Source: Akkermansia muciniphila
GTDB taxonomy: Bacteria; Verrucomicrobiota; Verrucomicrobiia; Opitutales; Opitutaceae
Assembly: GCA_945898185.1 (NCBI GenBank)
Contig: CAMDHP010000002.1
Location: 668-64,667 of the forward strand
Length of the DNA stretch: 64,000 nt
Reading direction: 5' to 3'
The notes under the pieces were generated by a model that saw nothing but the letters and a program-made list of their open reading frames with translations, made no database searches and was not told the DNA's origin. Every line of letters starts with the position of its first letter. The first letter of the stretch is position 1. Positions 9,266 through 19,256 of this stretch are shown here, one piece after another. A program made the translations under genes and the position numbers.

Positions 9266-9703
9266 ATGTCGCCCCTTTTCACCGAACTCCACGCTGGCGT
9301 AAGCACGACCTCCGCCGCCGATACGCAGGCCCTCGCGGCGCGTCTGGCCTTGGAATTGCGGCCAGGTACGGTGCTGGCGCTGCACGGCGACCTCGGCGCG
9401 GGCAAGACCACCTTTACCCAAGGCCTGGCACGGGGCCTTGGTATCCAGGAATCGGTGACGAGCCCCACGTTTAACATTTTCACGCTTCATCGCGGAGCCG
9501 GTAAAACGCTCGTGCACCTCGACGCCTATCGCCTGAACGGCGCGGCCGCGCTCGATGAGTTGATGATTGATGATTTCCTGATCGCTCCGTGGTGGCTGGC
9601 CATTGAATGGCCCGAAAATGTGGCCGCCTGGTTGCCAGCCGACGCCCTGCATCTGGACCTCGGAATCCGTGCCGACGAACGCCACACGGTGCGGCTGCGC
9701 TGA
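9266..9703 (+). CDS. tsaE: tRNA threonylcarbamoyladenosine biosynthesis ATPase
   Basis: LHGDLGAGKTTFTQG, SPTFNI, HLDAYRL, IEW. Confidence 0.95.
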   Translation: MSPLFTELHAGVSTTSAADTQALAARLALELRPGTVLALHGDLGAGKTTFTQGLARGLGIQESVTSPTFNIFTLHRGAGKTLVHLDAYRLNGAAALDELMIDDFLIAPWWLAIEWPENVAAWLPADALHLDLGIRADERHTVRLR

Positions 9704-9730
9704 AGGCGGAATCGCGGGCGGAACGCGCAC

Positions 9731-9762
9731 AAAAAAGCCCCGAGGCACGGAGGCCACGGGGC
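9731..9762 (-). terminator. Intrinsic terminator between converging tsaE and the 656-aa gene
   Basis: GCCCCG / CGGGGC stem with an adjacent A6 tract. Confidence 0.55.
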
Positions 9763-9790
9763 TGGATTTTAGGGAAACTCAAGGGCTCGC

Positions 9791-11761
9791 TCAGGCGGCA
9801 GGCGGCGTCTCAGGTTTATCGGCCTCGGGCGCCTCAGCGACCGGAGCGGCGTCTGCGACTGACTCTGCGGCTGGCTCTTCGACCGGCTCGGAGGCAGCCT
9901 CGGCGACGGGTTCCGCGACCTCGACAACTTTGGGAGCGGGGGCATCCGGGAAGTTATCGGGATCAACATCGGTCGCCTCGATCTGGCGCTTCTTCGACTC
10001 CACCATGGGGGCCGGGGTGAAGAGACTGCCATCCACGAACTCGGTGACGTAACCCTCTTTTACGAGATAGCGTAGGTCGCCTTTTAGTTTGAGCAGCTTG
10101 GCGTGATCCTCGGCGGAAATCTCAACCGGGGCGGCACCCTCGACCGGGGCGGGAATTGGCGCGATGTCCAGCAACTTGGCGGGCAACTCGCTTTCCTTCA
10201 CCATCGGGTGCGTCTCGATAAACGTGATGAGCGCACTTAGGGAGTCGGAGAAGGCCTGGCCCGCGACACGGAAGCGGCGCTTTACGGCGCACACGTAGCT
10301 AATGCCCTTCGAGCCCTTCTTGAAGATGGTGAAGCTCTCGCGGCGGAGGCGTCCGCGCAGCGCGTTGGCGGTATCGAGCGGGAAGCGACGCTGGCGCTCG
10401 ACTGAGCCCTCGACCGCACGGCGGATCTCACTTCCAGCCGGGAGTGTCTCCAGGATACGGCCCGGAAAACGTAACTGCTCGACCGAGCGCACGATTTTTT
10501 CGCGTGCGGTGGTGAGGAGATACTGGCGGGCATCATCGATTGAATCGAAAGAGATGACGGGGGCGGCGAGCTCAATGACGTCTGGTGCGGCGACCGGGGC
10601 CTCCGCGGCCGGTGCGGAAGGCGCATCAGCGGCGGGCTCGGCGGAGACTGACTCCGGGGAGGACTCGGCGGACGGCTCCGCTGCGGGTGCGGCGTCAGGC
10701 GTTACTACGGCGGAAGGTGCGACTGACGCGGCGGACTTCACGGTGTAACGCGTAGTCTTCTTCATCTGTTCCAGCCACTGGGCGATCAGCTCGGGCTCGC
10801 GCACGGACTCGACCCTAGCCTTGTAGGCATCGAAAGGAATGCGAACGTTGGCCGCATGGTGCTGCTGGAGGATTTGAAGGTAGCGGTGATAATTCGGCGG
10901 TGCCAGCAAGGTGCCGGTGACCGGGCAGCGGTTGATGACCTGGAAATTACCCTTCGGCGCCTCGATCTCGACCTCGGAGACATCGAAAAATGAGCCGAGG
11001 TGTTTTTCCATCACGTAGTTGATTGCAGCCTCTTCGGATTCGAAGGGCACGCCATCGGGCACCGAGATAAAGAACGGCGCGGGTTTCGCGGCCGGCTGGG
11101 CCGAAGCGGCTTCACCGGGGCGGGCATTCGGATCGAGACGCTGCACGACGGCGACGTAGCGATCGTTTTTATCCACGACCGATTTCGCGATGTAGAACAA
11201 CTCGAAGGTCCGGCAAGATTTGCGGATCGCCTGGGCGAGCGCACTGAAACTTTGATCCTCGGGATAGAAGGTAACACCAAAGAAAGGGCTGATGTAGGGG
11301 CCGACCGGCTCGCGCGGCGGGCCGCGGAAATCGGGACGTCCGCCAGTCTGACCGCCGGGGCCATCACGGCTATCGCGACGGGGGCCGCGCGGGTCGCCAC
11401 GACCCTCGAAACGCGGACGGTCGCCACGGGGCGCACCGCTCTCGGGCCGGCCCGGACCACCGGGACCTGCGGGACGATCACCCCGGGGCGCAAAAGCGGG
11501 AGCAGGAGCGGCGGGGGCGCCACCCTCTGAAGGCGCGCCGGGACCGCCGGCGGGGCGCTTAAAATCGCGCCGATCACGGCGAGGAGGGGCATCGCCTTCG
11601 CGACGGGGCCGGTCATCGCGGCGCTCGCGGTCGCCGCGTGGCGCACCGCCGGGGGCAGGTTTTTCCTGAACCCATGAGGTCCCGAAACTGAAGCTTTGAA
11701 GCTGCGATAAATCGAGCTTGTTGAGCCCGTTGTCAGGCGTTTGCGGAAGGGTCTCGTCCAT
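9791..11761 (-). CDS. Hypothetical protein, 656 aa: Arg/Gly/Pro/Asp-rich disordered N-terminus, globular core, Ala/Glu/Pro-rich linker and tail
   Basis: Long ORF with genome-typical codon usage; no family motif recognised. Confidence 0.8.
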   Translation of the reverse strand: MDETLPQTPDNGLNKLDLSQLQSFSFGTSWVQEKPAPGGAPRGDRERRDDRPRREGDAPPRRDRRDFKRPAGGPGAPSEGGAPAAPAPAFAPRGDRPAGPGGPGRPESGAPRGDRPRFEGRGDPRGPRRDSRDGPGGQTGGRPDFRGPPREPVGPYISPFFGVTFYPEDQSFSALAQAIRKSCRTFELFYIAKSVVDKNDRYVAVVQRLDPNARPGEAASAQPAAKPAPFFISVPDGVPFESEEAAINYVMEKHLGSFFDVSEVEIEAPKGNFQVINRCPVTGTLLAPPNYHRYLQILQQHHAANVRIPFDAYKARVESVREPELIAQWLEQMKKTTRYTVKSAASVAPSAVVTPDAAPAAEPSAESSPESVSAEPAADAPSAPAAEAPVAAPDVIELAAPVISFDSIDDARQYLLTTAREKIVRSVEQLRFPGRILETLPAGSEIRRAVEGSVERQRRFPLDTANALRGRLRRESFTIFKKGSKGISYVCAVKRRFRVAGQAFSDSLSALITFIETHPMVKESELPAKLLDIAPIPAPVEGAAPVEISAEDHAKLLKLKGDLRYLVKEGYVTEFVDGSLFTPAPMVESKKRQIEATDVDPDNFPDAPAPKVVEVAEPVAEAASEPVEEPAAESVADAAPVAEAPEADKPETPPAA

Positions 11762-11941
11762 GCGGGAGAGCTAGCTAAATCAAGCCGGCGGTCAGTGTTA
11801 AGCGAAGATAGATGCGCCCGGGCGATGTGCACGAGCACGCGAACTCTCATCAGCACACCCAAGGCAGGCAAGCCGTTTCGCGAGGGCTCTGGGGCCTATC
11901 CGCGTAATTGTAACAATCGCGCGCTTCGAGCGGCGCGGGGG

Positions 11942-12994
11942 CTACGATTTCCGAGCGGTGCGCAGGTTATCAATCGCCACGGCGATGATGATGACCGCGC
12001 CCATCACGATCTCCTGGGTATACTGCGGCCAGCCCATCTTTACCCCGCCGTTGCGCAGGATGGTGATAATGAGCGCGCCGATCATGGTGCCGAGGATGGT
12101 GCCGCGTCCGCCGAGCAAACTCGCGCCGCCGATGACAGCTGCCGCGATGACAAATAGTTCGTAACCGATGGCCTCGGTGGGCTGGCCGATCGAGCCGAGA
12201 CGGGCAAAGAAAAGCACGCCGGCAAGTCCGCTGAAGAGACCACCGATCATATAAACGAGTATTTTGGTGCGATTGACCGGCACGCCGCAGAGCACCGCCG
12301 TCTTTTCGTTCGAGCCGAGCGCAAAAATGTGCCGGCCGAGCCGGGTGTATCGCAGGAAGAGCGCGGTCAGAATCGCGGCACCGATGACGAGCCACACCGC
12401 CACCGGCAGAAAGGGCCACGTGAGGACGGTCTTGGACGGATCGAGGAGACGTGCGATCCACAAATCCTGAACCGCTTCGGGCGGGTAGATGTTTTGCTCG
12501 TTGGCCACGAGTTTCGCGAGGCCGCGCGCCATCTGCATCGTGCCGAGCGTGATGATGAAGGGGACGATACGAAGCCAGGTGACGAGAGCACCGTTGATAA
12601 ACCCGATGAGCACGGAAACCGCGATCGCGGCGCCGACCGCGAGCAAGGGAAGGAGCGTCGGATGGGCAAGGACCAGCTTGGCGCCAGCGGGGCCGAGGTT
12701 GAGCACGTAGGCCGTGGTAATCATCGCTAGCGCGATGGAGGAACCCGCAGAAAGATCTATGCCGCCCGCAATGATTATGATGGTCATGCCAATGGCCGCC
12801 ATCGCGACGACCGCGATGTCCTGCAGCATCAACTGGGTGTTCGCGTCGGACATGAAGCCCTTGCTTCCCGGCGTAAGGAACGCGAAAAACGCATACACGG
12901 CGGCGAGCGCGGCCAGCCGCCCGAGCACCGCGATGATGCGGGACGAGTTTTTGATGCCGGAAACTAGGGGAGCGGAGGCGGTGGGCTGGGACAT
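11942..12994 (-). CDS. Sugar (ribose/xylose-type) ABC transporter permease
   Basis: GGIDLSAGS, IVPFIITLG, T.LGRHIFALGSNE, YELFVIAAAVIGGASLLGG. Confidence 0.9.
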   Translation of the reverse strand: MSQPTASAPLVSGIKNSSRIIAVLGRLAALAAVYAFFAFLTPGSKGFMSDANTQLMLQDIAVVAMAAIGMTIIIIAGGIDLSAGSSIALAMITTAYVLNLGPAGAKLVLAHPTLLPLLAVGAAIAVSVLIGFINGALVTWLRIVPFIITLGTMQMARGLAKLVANEQNIYPPEAVQDLWIARLLDPSKTVLTWPFLPVAVWLVIGAAILTALFLRYTRLGRHIFALGSNEKTAVLCGVPVNRTKILVYMIGGLFSGLAGVLFFARLGSIGQPTEAIGYELFVIAAAVIGGASLLGGRGTILGTMIGALIITILRNGGVKMGWPQYTQEIVMGAVIIIAVAIDNLRTARKS

Positions 12995-13008
12995 TTTAGG
13001 ATGATTCT

Positions 13009-14547
13009 TTAAACGCGTTGATCCTGACCGGTGGCAGCGAGCATGAGAGAGTGTTCCGTCCAAGAGGCGACGGGTTTGGCCTCGCCGAGCACGCCGCGCG
13101 ACATGACGGCGATGCGGTCGCAGATGCCGAGGAGTTCGGGCAGGTAACTCGAAACCACGAGCACGGCCTTCGGCGCTTTGCCGGTGGAGGAATCGCCGAG
13201 CGCGAGTTTATCAATCCACGCGTAGATTTGGGCCTTCGAGCCGACATCAATGCCACGGGTGGGCTCGTCTAGGAGGAGGACATCGCAGTCGTGGTGGAGC
13301 AGGCGGGCGATAGCGACCTTCTGTTGGTTGCCACCCGAGAGGGCCTCGACGGGTTGACCGCCGCCCTGGCACTTGATCGGGAAGGCCTTGATCCAAGGCT
13401 CGGCGGCAGCGTTTTGAAGGGAGGGCCGCACGAAACGCCACGGGCCGAGACCTTCGAGTTTGGAGAGGGTTAGGTTCTCGGCGATGGAGAGATTTTGGGC
13501 GAGCCCCTCGGTCTTGCGGTCCTCGCTGACCAGACCGAGGCCCTGGGCCCACCGCACGCCCGGGCCGGCGGACTTCGTAGGTTTTCCGTGGATACGAATC
13601 TCGCCGGAGCTTACCGGATCAAGGCCAAAGAGGGCGCGGAGCGTCTCGGTTCGGCCGGAGCCGATGAGACCGGCGATGCCGATCACTTCGCCGCGACGGA
13701 GCACGAGGCCGGCGGATTTGGGAAACTTTTGCCCGGCGAGCGCGCGGATTTCCAAGATGGGGTCGGAGGCGAGCCGGGGCGAGCGAGGGTAAAGGTCGGC
13801 AACCTCGCGCCCCACCATCATGGCGATGATGCGGCTGACCGGCACGTCGCCGACTTTCCCTTGGCCGACAGTCTCGCCGTCGCGCATGACGGTGAAGCGA
13901 TCGCAAAGGGCCTCGATTTCTTCAAGGGCGTGACTGATGTAAACGATGGCCACGCCCTTAGCGCGAAGGCGCCGCACCAGCGCGAACAACGCCTGCACGT
14001 CTTTTTGAGTAAGCGAGCTGGTGGGCTCGTCGAGCACGAGCACCTTGCAACCGACAGCGACGGCGCGGGCGATTTCAACAAGTTGCTGCTCCGCGATCGA
14101 GAGGTCGCCGACGATTGCGGCGGGATCGAGTCCGCTCAAGCCGACCTCGTCCAAGGCGCGCCGGGCAACCGCGCGGGTTTCGCGCCAGTTCATGAAAGGG
14201 CCCCAAGTCGGCTCGATGCCCAGCAGGATATTCTCCATTGCGCTGAGGTGGGTGGCCAGGGCGAGCTCCTGGTAAATCATGCAAACACCGAGGCCGCGGG
14301 CGTGAAGCGGGCCGTAGGGGCGGTAGGGCGCGCCGTCGAGCGTCATCTCGCCGGAGTCGGCGGAGTGCGCGCCCGAGAGCACTTTCATCAGCGTGCTCTT
14401 GCCAGCACCGTTTTCACCGATGAGCGCAAGGACTTCGCCCGGCGCGAGAGTGAGGTCCACTCCTTTGAGCGCCTGAGTGGCGCCGAAAGACTTGGTGAGG
14501 CCGCGAACGGTGAGGATGGTGGCGGATTTCAGCTGGGTGTCACTCAC
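13009..14547 (-). CDS. Sugar ABC transporter ATP-binding protein (tandem ABC domains, RbsA-like)
   Basis: GENGAGKSTLMKVLSG, LDEPTSSL, LSGGNQQKV, LLDEPTRGIDVG. Confidence 0.9.
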   Translation of the reverse strand: MSDTQLKSATILTVRGLTKSFGATQALKGVDLTLAPGEVLALIGENGAGKSTLMKVLSGAHSADSGEMTLDGAPYRPYGPLHARGLGVCMIYQELALATHLSAMENILLGIEPTWGPFMNWRETRAVARRALDEVGLSGLDPAAIVGDLSIAEQQLVEIARAVAVGCKVLVLDEPTSSLTQKDVQALFALVRRLRAKGVAIVYISHALEEIEALCDRFTVMRDGETVGQGKVGDVPVSRIIAMMVGREVADLYPRSPRLASDPILEIRALAGQKFPKSAGLVLRRGEVIGIAGLIGSGRTETLRALFGLDPVSSGEIRIHGKPTKSAGPGVRWAQGLGLVSEDRKTEGLAQNLSIAENLTLSKLEGLGPWRFVRPSLQNAAAEPWIKAFPIKCQGGGQPVEALSGGNQQKVAIARLLHHDCDVLLLDEPTRGIDVGSKAQIYAWIDKLALGDSSTGKAPKAVLVVSSYLPELLGICDRIAVMSRGVLGEAKPVASWTEHSLMLAATGQDQRV

Positions 14548-14613
14548 GGCGAAAAGTGATGCGGAGCGGTCGGGCGCGCTGAGGCCGCACCCGCACTGCG
14601 CTCGCGGGGTTGG

Positions 14614-15606
14614 TTAATTCGCGGCGGTGTTGAGCTTGGTTTTGACGGTCACGCCGGTGTCCACATAGGCTTCGACCGGACGGCCTTGGATATGGTCAAC
14701 GAGTGATTTAACGCCGAGGTAGCCCATCTTCTCGGGATCTTGGACAACGAGTGCGTCCACGATGCCATTTTGCAGGCCTTGAAGAAGGAGGGTGGAGTCG
14801 TCGAAGCCGACGACTTTGGCGGTGATTTCGACGCCCTTTTCGCGAAGGGAGCGAAGGGCGTTGTAGGTGCCCTCGGCGGTGGGCTGGTTTGATGCGAAGA
14901 TGCCGGCGAGCTCGAGTTTGTTGTTCTTAACGTAGTTGCCGAGGAGTGTCTCGGCGACGCGCTGGGCGCCGGCCATCGAACCGTCAGTGAACTGTTGCGC
15001 GGCGATTTTCAGACCGGGGGCGGCGGCGAGCGCGGCGGTGAAGCCCTCCTCGCGCAAACGGGTGCTGGCCGAGCCCTCGGTGAAGCGGATCACAAGCACT
15101 TGGCCGTCGTGAACGGGGCTGGAGCCGATGAGAGTGGCAAGCGTGGTGGCGGCGGTGGCGCCGGCGGCCTTATTGTCGGTCGCGGTGAAGTTGATGAAGT
15201 CAGTCCCCTGTTTGGCATCGAGCGGGGAGTCGAATATCGCAACTGGAAGCCCGCGCTTGGCGGCGGTGCGGACGTGGGGCGCGAGGGCCTTATCGTCGCA
15301 AGGCGAGAGCAGGATACCCTGCAAGCCGGAGGCCGCGAGGTTGTTGAAGATACCGATCTGGTCGGCGACCTTGGAGTCGTCGAGTGGTCCCTGCCATTCG
15401 AGGGTAACGTTGAACTCGGCGGCGGCACGGCGGGCGCCAGCCTCGGCAGCTTTCCAATAGGAATGCGTAGTGGCCTTGGGGATCGCACCGATGGTGATTT
15501 TAGCGGGCGTGTCTTTGGCGTCGGTGGAATCGGGGGACTTCGAGCAGGCGCCGAGCAGAAAAGCGAGAGACAGAACCGGGAGGAGACGGAGCGATGAAAC
15601 GTTCAT
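14614..15606 (-). CDS. Sugar ABC transporter substrate-binding lipoprotein (RbsB-like)
   Basis: Lipobox LGAC; IPKATTHSYW, R..GF, VVGFD, VVQDPEKMGY. Confidence 0.9.
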   Translation of the reverse strand: MNVSSLRLLPVLSLAFLLGACSKSPDSTDAKDTPAKITIGAIPKATTHSYWKAAEAGARRAAAEFNVTLEWQGPLDDSKVADQIGIFNNLAASGLQGILLSPCDDKALAPHVRTAAKRGLPVAIFDSPLDAKQGTDFINFTATDNKAAGATAATTLATLIGSSPVHDGQVLVIRFTEGSASTRLREEGFTAALAAAPGLKIAAQQFTDGSMAGAQRVAETLLGNYVKNNKLELAGIFASNQPTAEGTYNALRSLREKGVEITAKVVGFDDSTLLLQGLQNGIVDALVVQDPEKMGYLGVKSLVDHIQGRPVEAYVDTGVTVKTKLNTAAN

Positions 15607-15741
15607 GGGAGGTTATATTTTATGGATGACCGGCACCAGAAGGGGCTCTGGAAAAATTTACCGGAGGTCATGAAGCTCAAAACCTGCGATAAAAAAGCGA
15701 GCGGAAATCCCGACGGATGAACGCGAGATTCAGCAGAGCGC

Positions 15742-17400
15742 TTAGCCGACATACTTTTGCACGATGGGAATGCGGCGGCCGACGCCGAAAGCGAGCGGAG
15801 TTATTCGAAGGCCGGGGGCGGCTTGCTTACGTTTGTATTCGTTGAGATCCACCTTGCGGCAAATGTCGTGAACGATGGCGGGATCGAAACCCTGGGCGAC
15901 GAGTTCGCTGCGGGCGTGACCGGCCTCGATGTAGCCGGCGAGCAAGGCATCAAGGAGGTCGTAGGGCGGGAGGCTGTCCTGATCGGTCTGACCGGGGCGG
16001 AGTTCAGCGCTCGGGGGCTTCTCGATGGTGTTACGCGGGATGATTTCATGGTCGCGGTTGAGCCAGCGGCAGAGCGCGTAAACTTGGGTTTTGTAGAGGT
16101 CGCTGATCACGGCGAGACCGCCGCACATGTCGCCGTAAAGCGTGCAATAGCCGACCGCCACTTCGCTCTTGTTGCCGGTGGTGAGGAGCAGGGCGCCGAA
16201 TTTATTGGAGAGCGCCATCATAATTACGCCGCGGGTGCGGGCCTGCAGGTTCTCCTCGGTGACGTCGGCGGCCCGGCCGGCGAAGATCGGGCCGAGGGCG
16301 CGCTCGGTGGCGGCGACGGAGTCGGCGATGGCGATGGTCTCGAAACGGATACCGAGGGTGGCAGCGAGGACGCGGGCGTCGTCCCTGGAGTGTTCGCTGG
16401 AAATAGCGGAAGGCAGCGACACGCCGATGACGTTTTCGGCCCCGAGGGCTGCGACGGCGAGTTCGGCGACGAGGGCGGAATCTATGCCGCCGGAAAGGGC
16501 GACGAGGGCGCGTTTAAAGCCGCTCTTGCCTGCGTAGTCGCGCAGACCGAGAACGAGCGCGGCGTGGATATTGGCGAGCTCCGGCTGGCGAAAGGTGGCT
16601 GCGAGTTCTGGCTTCGCGGGCGCGCCGGAGGCGGAGATGGGCACGGCGACGACGCGGCACTCCTCAGCGAAGGCCGCGAGGCCGGCGGTTATCGTGCCAT
16701 CGCGCAAGGCGATTACGGAGCGGCCGTCGAAGACGAGTTCATCGTTGCCGCCGACGGCGTTGCAATAAACCACCGGAGCGCGGAGCTGGCGGGCCGCGTC
16801 TATCACGAGTTGTTCGCGAAGGGCGCCCTTGCCGTGGTGCCAGGGACTGGCGGAGAGGTTGACCATGAGATCAACGCCCTGGGCGGCGAGCAGGGCGACG
16901 GGGTCAACGCGGTGGAGGCGGCGCGAGCCGAGGGCGGGGTTGGTCCATATATCTTCGCAAATGGTCACGCCGATGCGGCGACCCGCGTGGTTGATGACGA
17001 GCGGGGCTTCCGCGGGCTCGAAGTAGCGGTCCTCGTCGAACACATCGTAGGTCGGGAGAAGGCATTTACGGGCCACGTGTTGCACGCGGCCGTGGAGGCA
17101 GAAAGCGGCGGCGTTAAAACAACGGCGTCCGGTGTCGGAGGGGTTGGCGACAATGGTGCCGACGAGCACCGGGACATCGCCAACCGCAGCGGCGAGTTCG
17201 GCGGTGGCGGCCTCGGTATCGGCCACGAAGCGGTGGCGGAAAAGCAGGTCGCGAGGCGGGTAACCGCAGACGGCAAGCTCCGGCGTGACGACGAGTTCAG
17301 CGCCGGCGACGACGAGGTCGCGGTAGGCGGCGATGAGGCGGGCGGTGTTCCCGGCGAGATCGCCGACGGTGGGATTTAACTGGGCTATGCCGATGCGCAT
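15742..17400 (-). CDS. nadE: Glutamine-dependent NAD+ synthetase
   Basis: Nitrilase domain with the E-K-C triad ([24 protein letters not shown]) plus synthetase motifs LSGGIDS, ENLQAR, TGNKSE, PSAEL. Confidence 0.95.
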   Translation of the reverse strand: MRIGIAQLNPTVGDLAGNTARLIAAYRDLVVAGAELVVTPELAVCGYPPRDLLFRHRFVADTEAATAELAAAVGDVPVLVGTIVANPSDTGRRCFNAAAFCLHGRVQHVARKCLLPTYDVFDEDRYFEPAEAPLVINHAGRRIGVTICEDIWTNPALGSRRLHRVDPVALLAAQGVDLMVNLSASPWHHGKGALREQLVIDAARQLRAPVVYCNAVGGNDELVFDGRSVIALRDGTITAGLAAFAEECRVVAVPISASGAPAKPELAATFRQPELANIHAALVLGLRDYAGKSGFKRALVALSGGIDSALVAELAVAALGAENVIGVSLPSAISSEHSRDDARVLAATLGIRFETIAIADSVAATERALGPIFAGRAADVTEENLQARTRGVIMMALSNKFGALLLTTGNKSEVAVGYCTLYGDMCGGLAVISDLYKTQVYALCRWLNRDHEIIPRNTIEKPPSAELRPGQTDQDSLPPYDLLDALLAGYIEAGHARSELVAQGFDPAIVHDICRKVDLNEYKRKQAAPGLRITPLAFGVGRRIPIVQKYVG

Positions 17401-17480
17401 GGGCGGTGGTTGTGGTGATCAGGTTGGCACTCGTCCTGCGGGTGACAACTCGTTTGGATAAGTTGATTTCACGCCAAATC

Positions 17481-18062
17481 ATGCACGCCACCGCCCGCCT
17501 CATCCTTGCGTCCGCCTCGCCGCGACGTCGTGAACTGCTCACCGAAATCGGCGCAGCGTTCGACGTGGTGGTGGCACAGGTGACGGAGCACGAGGACCCG
17601 CAGCTCGATCCCCGCGTAATGGTGGCGCGAAACTCGGCGCTGAAAGCGGATTGGGTGGCCGGAAGACATCCGGAAGCCTGGGTGTTAGGCGCGGATACGA
17701 CGGTGTTCGCAGACAGACACGCGTTAAACAAACCAGCTGACCTCGAAGCAGCGCGGGCGATGCTCCGCCGCCTAAGCGGCAGCACGCACACGGTCTTCAC
17801 TGGCGTGGCGCTGCGAAACGCGGCTCAAGGTGTGAGCGCAGACCTCGGGGTGGCGACCGAAGTTGTTTTTAAGAACTATGACGACGCCGTGATCGAGACC
17901 TACCTCTCGCGCGTTCACGTGCTCGACAAGGCCGGCGCCTACGCGATCCAAGAAAGTGGGGAGCTCCTAGTGGCGGAGAGGCGAGGCTCGCTTTCCAATG
18001 TCGTGGGCCTGCCGCAAGATGAAGTGAGAGAACTTTTGACCCGTCACGGTGTGCTGCGCTAA
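17481..18062 (+). CDS. maf: Maf-family nucleoside triphosphate pyrophosphatase
   Basis: LILASASPRRRELL, GADTTV, DKAGAYAIQ, NVVGLP. Confidence 0.92.
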   Translation: MHATARLILASASPRRRELLTEIGAAFDVVVAQVTEHEDPQLDPRVMVARNSALKADWVAGRHPEAWVLGADTTVFADRHALNKPADLEAARAMLRRLSGSTHTVFTGVALRNAAQGVSADLGVATEVVFKNYDDAVIETYLSRVHVLDKAGAYAIQESGELLVAERRGSLSNVVGLPQDEVRELLTRHGVLR

Positions 18063-18077
18063 CTGCATGGCAGACCG

Positions 18078-19256
18078 ATGCCGAAGCCACCCACTGTTTC
18101 CACGCCACGTCGACCCTCCCGGGAGCGGAAGCGTCACACGCTCGCGGAGCGTTCGCCGGATTGGCGCGCGGGTTTGATCGGCACGACCCTCGCGCACGTG
18201 CTGCTGGCGCTGCTGGCCTTCTGGCTGCCGAAAAACTATTTCCTGCCCGACACTCCGGCGGAAGACGACGCAGCATCGCGGAGTTTTCAGATAGAGTTAA
18301 GTGAGGCACTTGCCAAACCCCCGGAGGCCGACCCGGCGAACGCTGCCACGCCACCGCTCAAATTTGTCGAGATAAACCCTGCCGCGCCGGACAACATGCC
18401 GGACGAAACACCCAATGTCGGCGCGCAAAACCAACAAGTCGCCCAGCCGGTGCCCTCGCCGGAAAGCACACGCAACGCACCCAAGTCCGACGGCGAGCCC
18501 GATAAAAACACGACCGCGATCGTAAGCGGGCAACTCCAAAAAGAGGAGATTCCGGCCTCGATGGACTTCAAGCCCGTGTTTACGCCGCAACAGTCGGATC
18601 AGAGCCTTGCCATGCCAAGCGCAGCGGCCGCAGCTTCGCAGACTCCGCCGGCGAAAGAGTCGAACCCATTGCCCGGCTCGGAGGAATTACTTGGCACCGC
18701 CGACGGAAGCGCGGGCAGCACGATTACCGCCCTCACGAGTGCGACCGGGACGAGCCCCGCGCCCCGGGTGGAGGGAACACCCGAAGGCCAGACGAGCGGA
18801 AAAGGGTATTTCGCGGGCACGCCCCGCATTGAGCGCGAGCGCCCCCGATCACGACCCAGCCTCGCCACCCGCGCGGTCAACGCGCGCCAGACCGAGACAA
18901 TCTTGAGCGAACAAGGCACCAAGACAGTTGGGGCGTTGGCCTACGACGCGAAGTGGAGCGCTTATGGTGAATACATTCAGCGCCTGATTGACGCCGTGCA
19001 GGCGCAGTGGGAACGGCTGATTATTCGCAGTCCGATCTATCCGACCCGTGGAACGATTGTCCGCGTGACGTTCAAAATAAACTCATCCGGCAACATCCCG
19101 GAAATCGTGAAAGTGGAAAGCCCGGGTGAGCGCACCGCCGAATACCTCTGCATAAGCGCCATCACAGAGCGCGCCCCCTACGGCGAGTGGAGTGAGGACA
19201 TGATCGCGGCGCTCGGCCGAGAACAGGAGATGACCTTCAGATTTTTTTACCAATGA
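18078..19256 (+). CDS. Single-TM protein with Pro-rich linker and a C-terminal TonB/TolA-like domain
   Basis: One N-terminal hydrophobic helix, a long P/E/A/S-rich region, then YIQRLIDAVQAQW...VRVTFKINSSGNI, a TonB_C/TolA-like topology. Confidence 0.6.
   Translation: MPKPPTVSTPRRPSRERKRHTLAERSPDWRAGLIGTTLAHVLLALLAFWLPKNYFLPDTPAEDDAASRSFQIELSEALAKPPEADPANAATPPLKFVEINPAAPDNMPDETPNVGAQNQQVAQPVPSPESTRNAPKSDGEPDKNTTAIVSGQLQKEEIPASMDFKPVFTPQQSDQSLAMPSAAAAASQTPPAKESNPLPGSEELLGTADGSAGSTITALTSATGTSPAPRVEGTPEGQTSGKGYFAGTPRIERERPRSRPSLATRAVNARQTETILSEQGTKTVGALAYDAKWSAYGEYIQRLIDAVQAQWERLIIRSPIYPTRGTIVRVTFKINSSGNIPEIVKVESPGERTAEYLCISAITERAPYGEWSEDMIAALGREQEMTFRFFYQ

Noticed and set aside
15757-17379. 540-aa plus-strand ORF opposite nadE (similarly 13495-14559, 29082-29987, 41641-42408, 56644-58032)
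   Set aside because: In-register antisense shadows of real high-GC genes, with no recognisable motifs.
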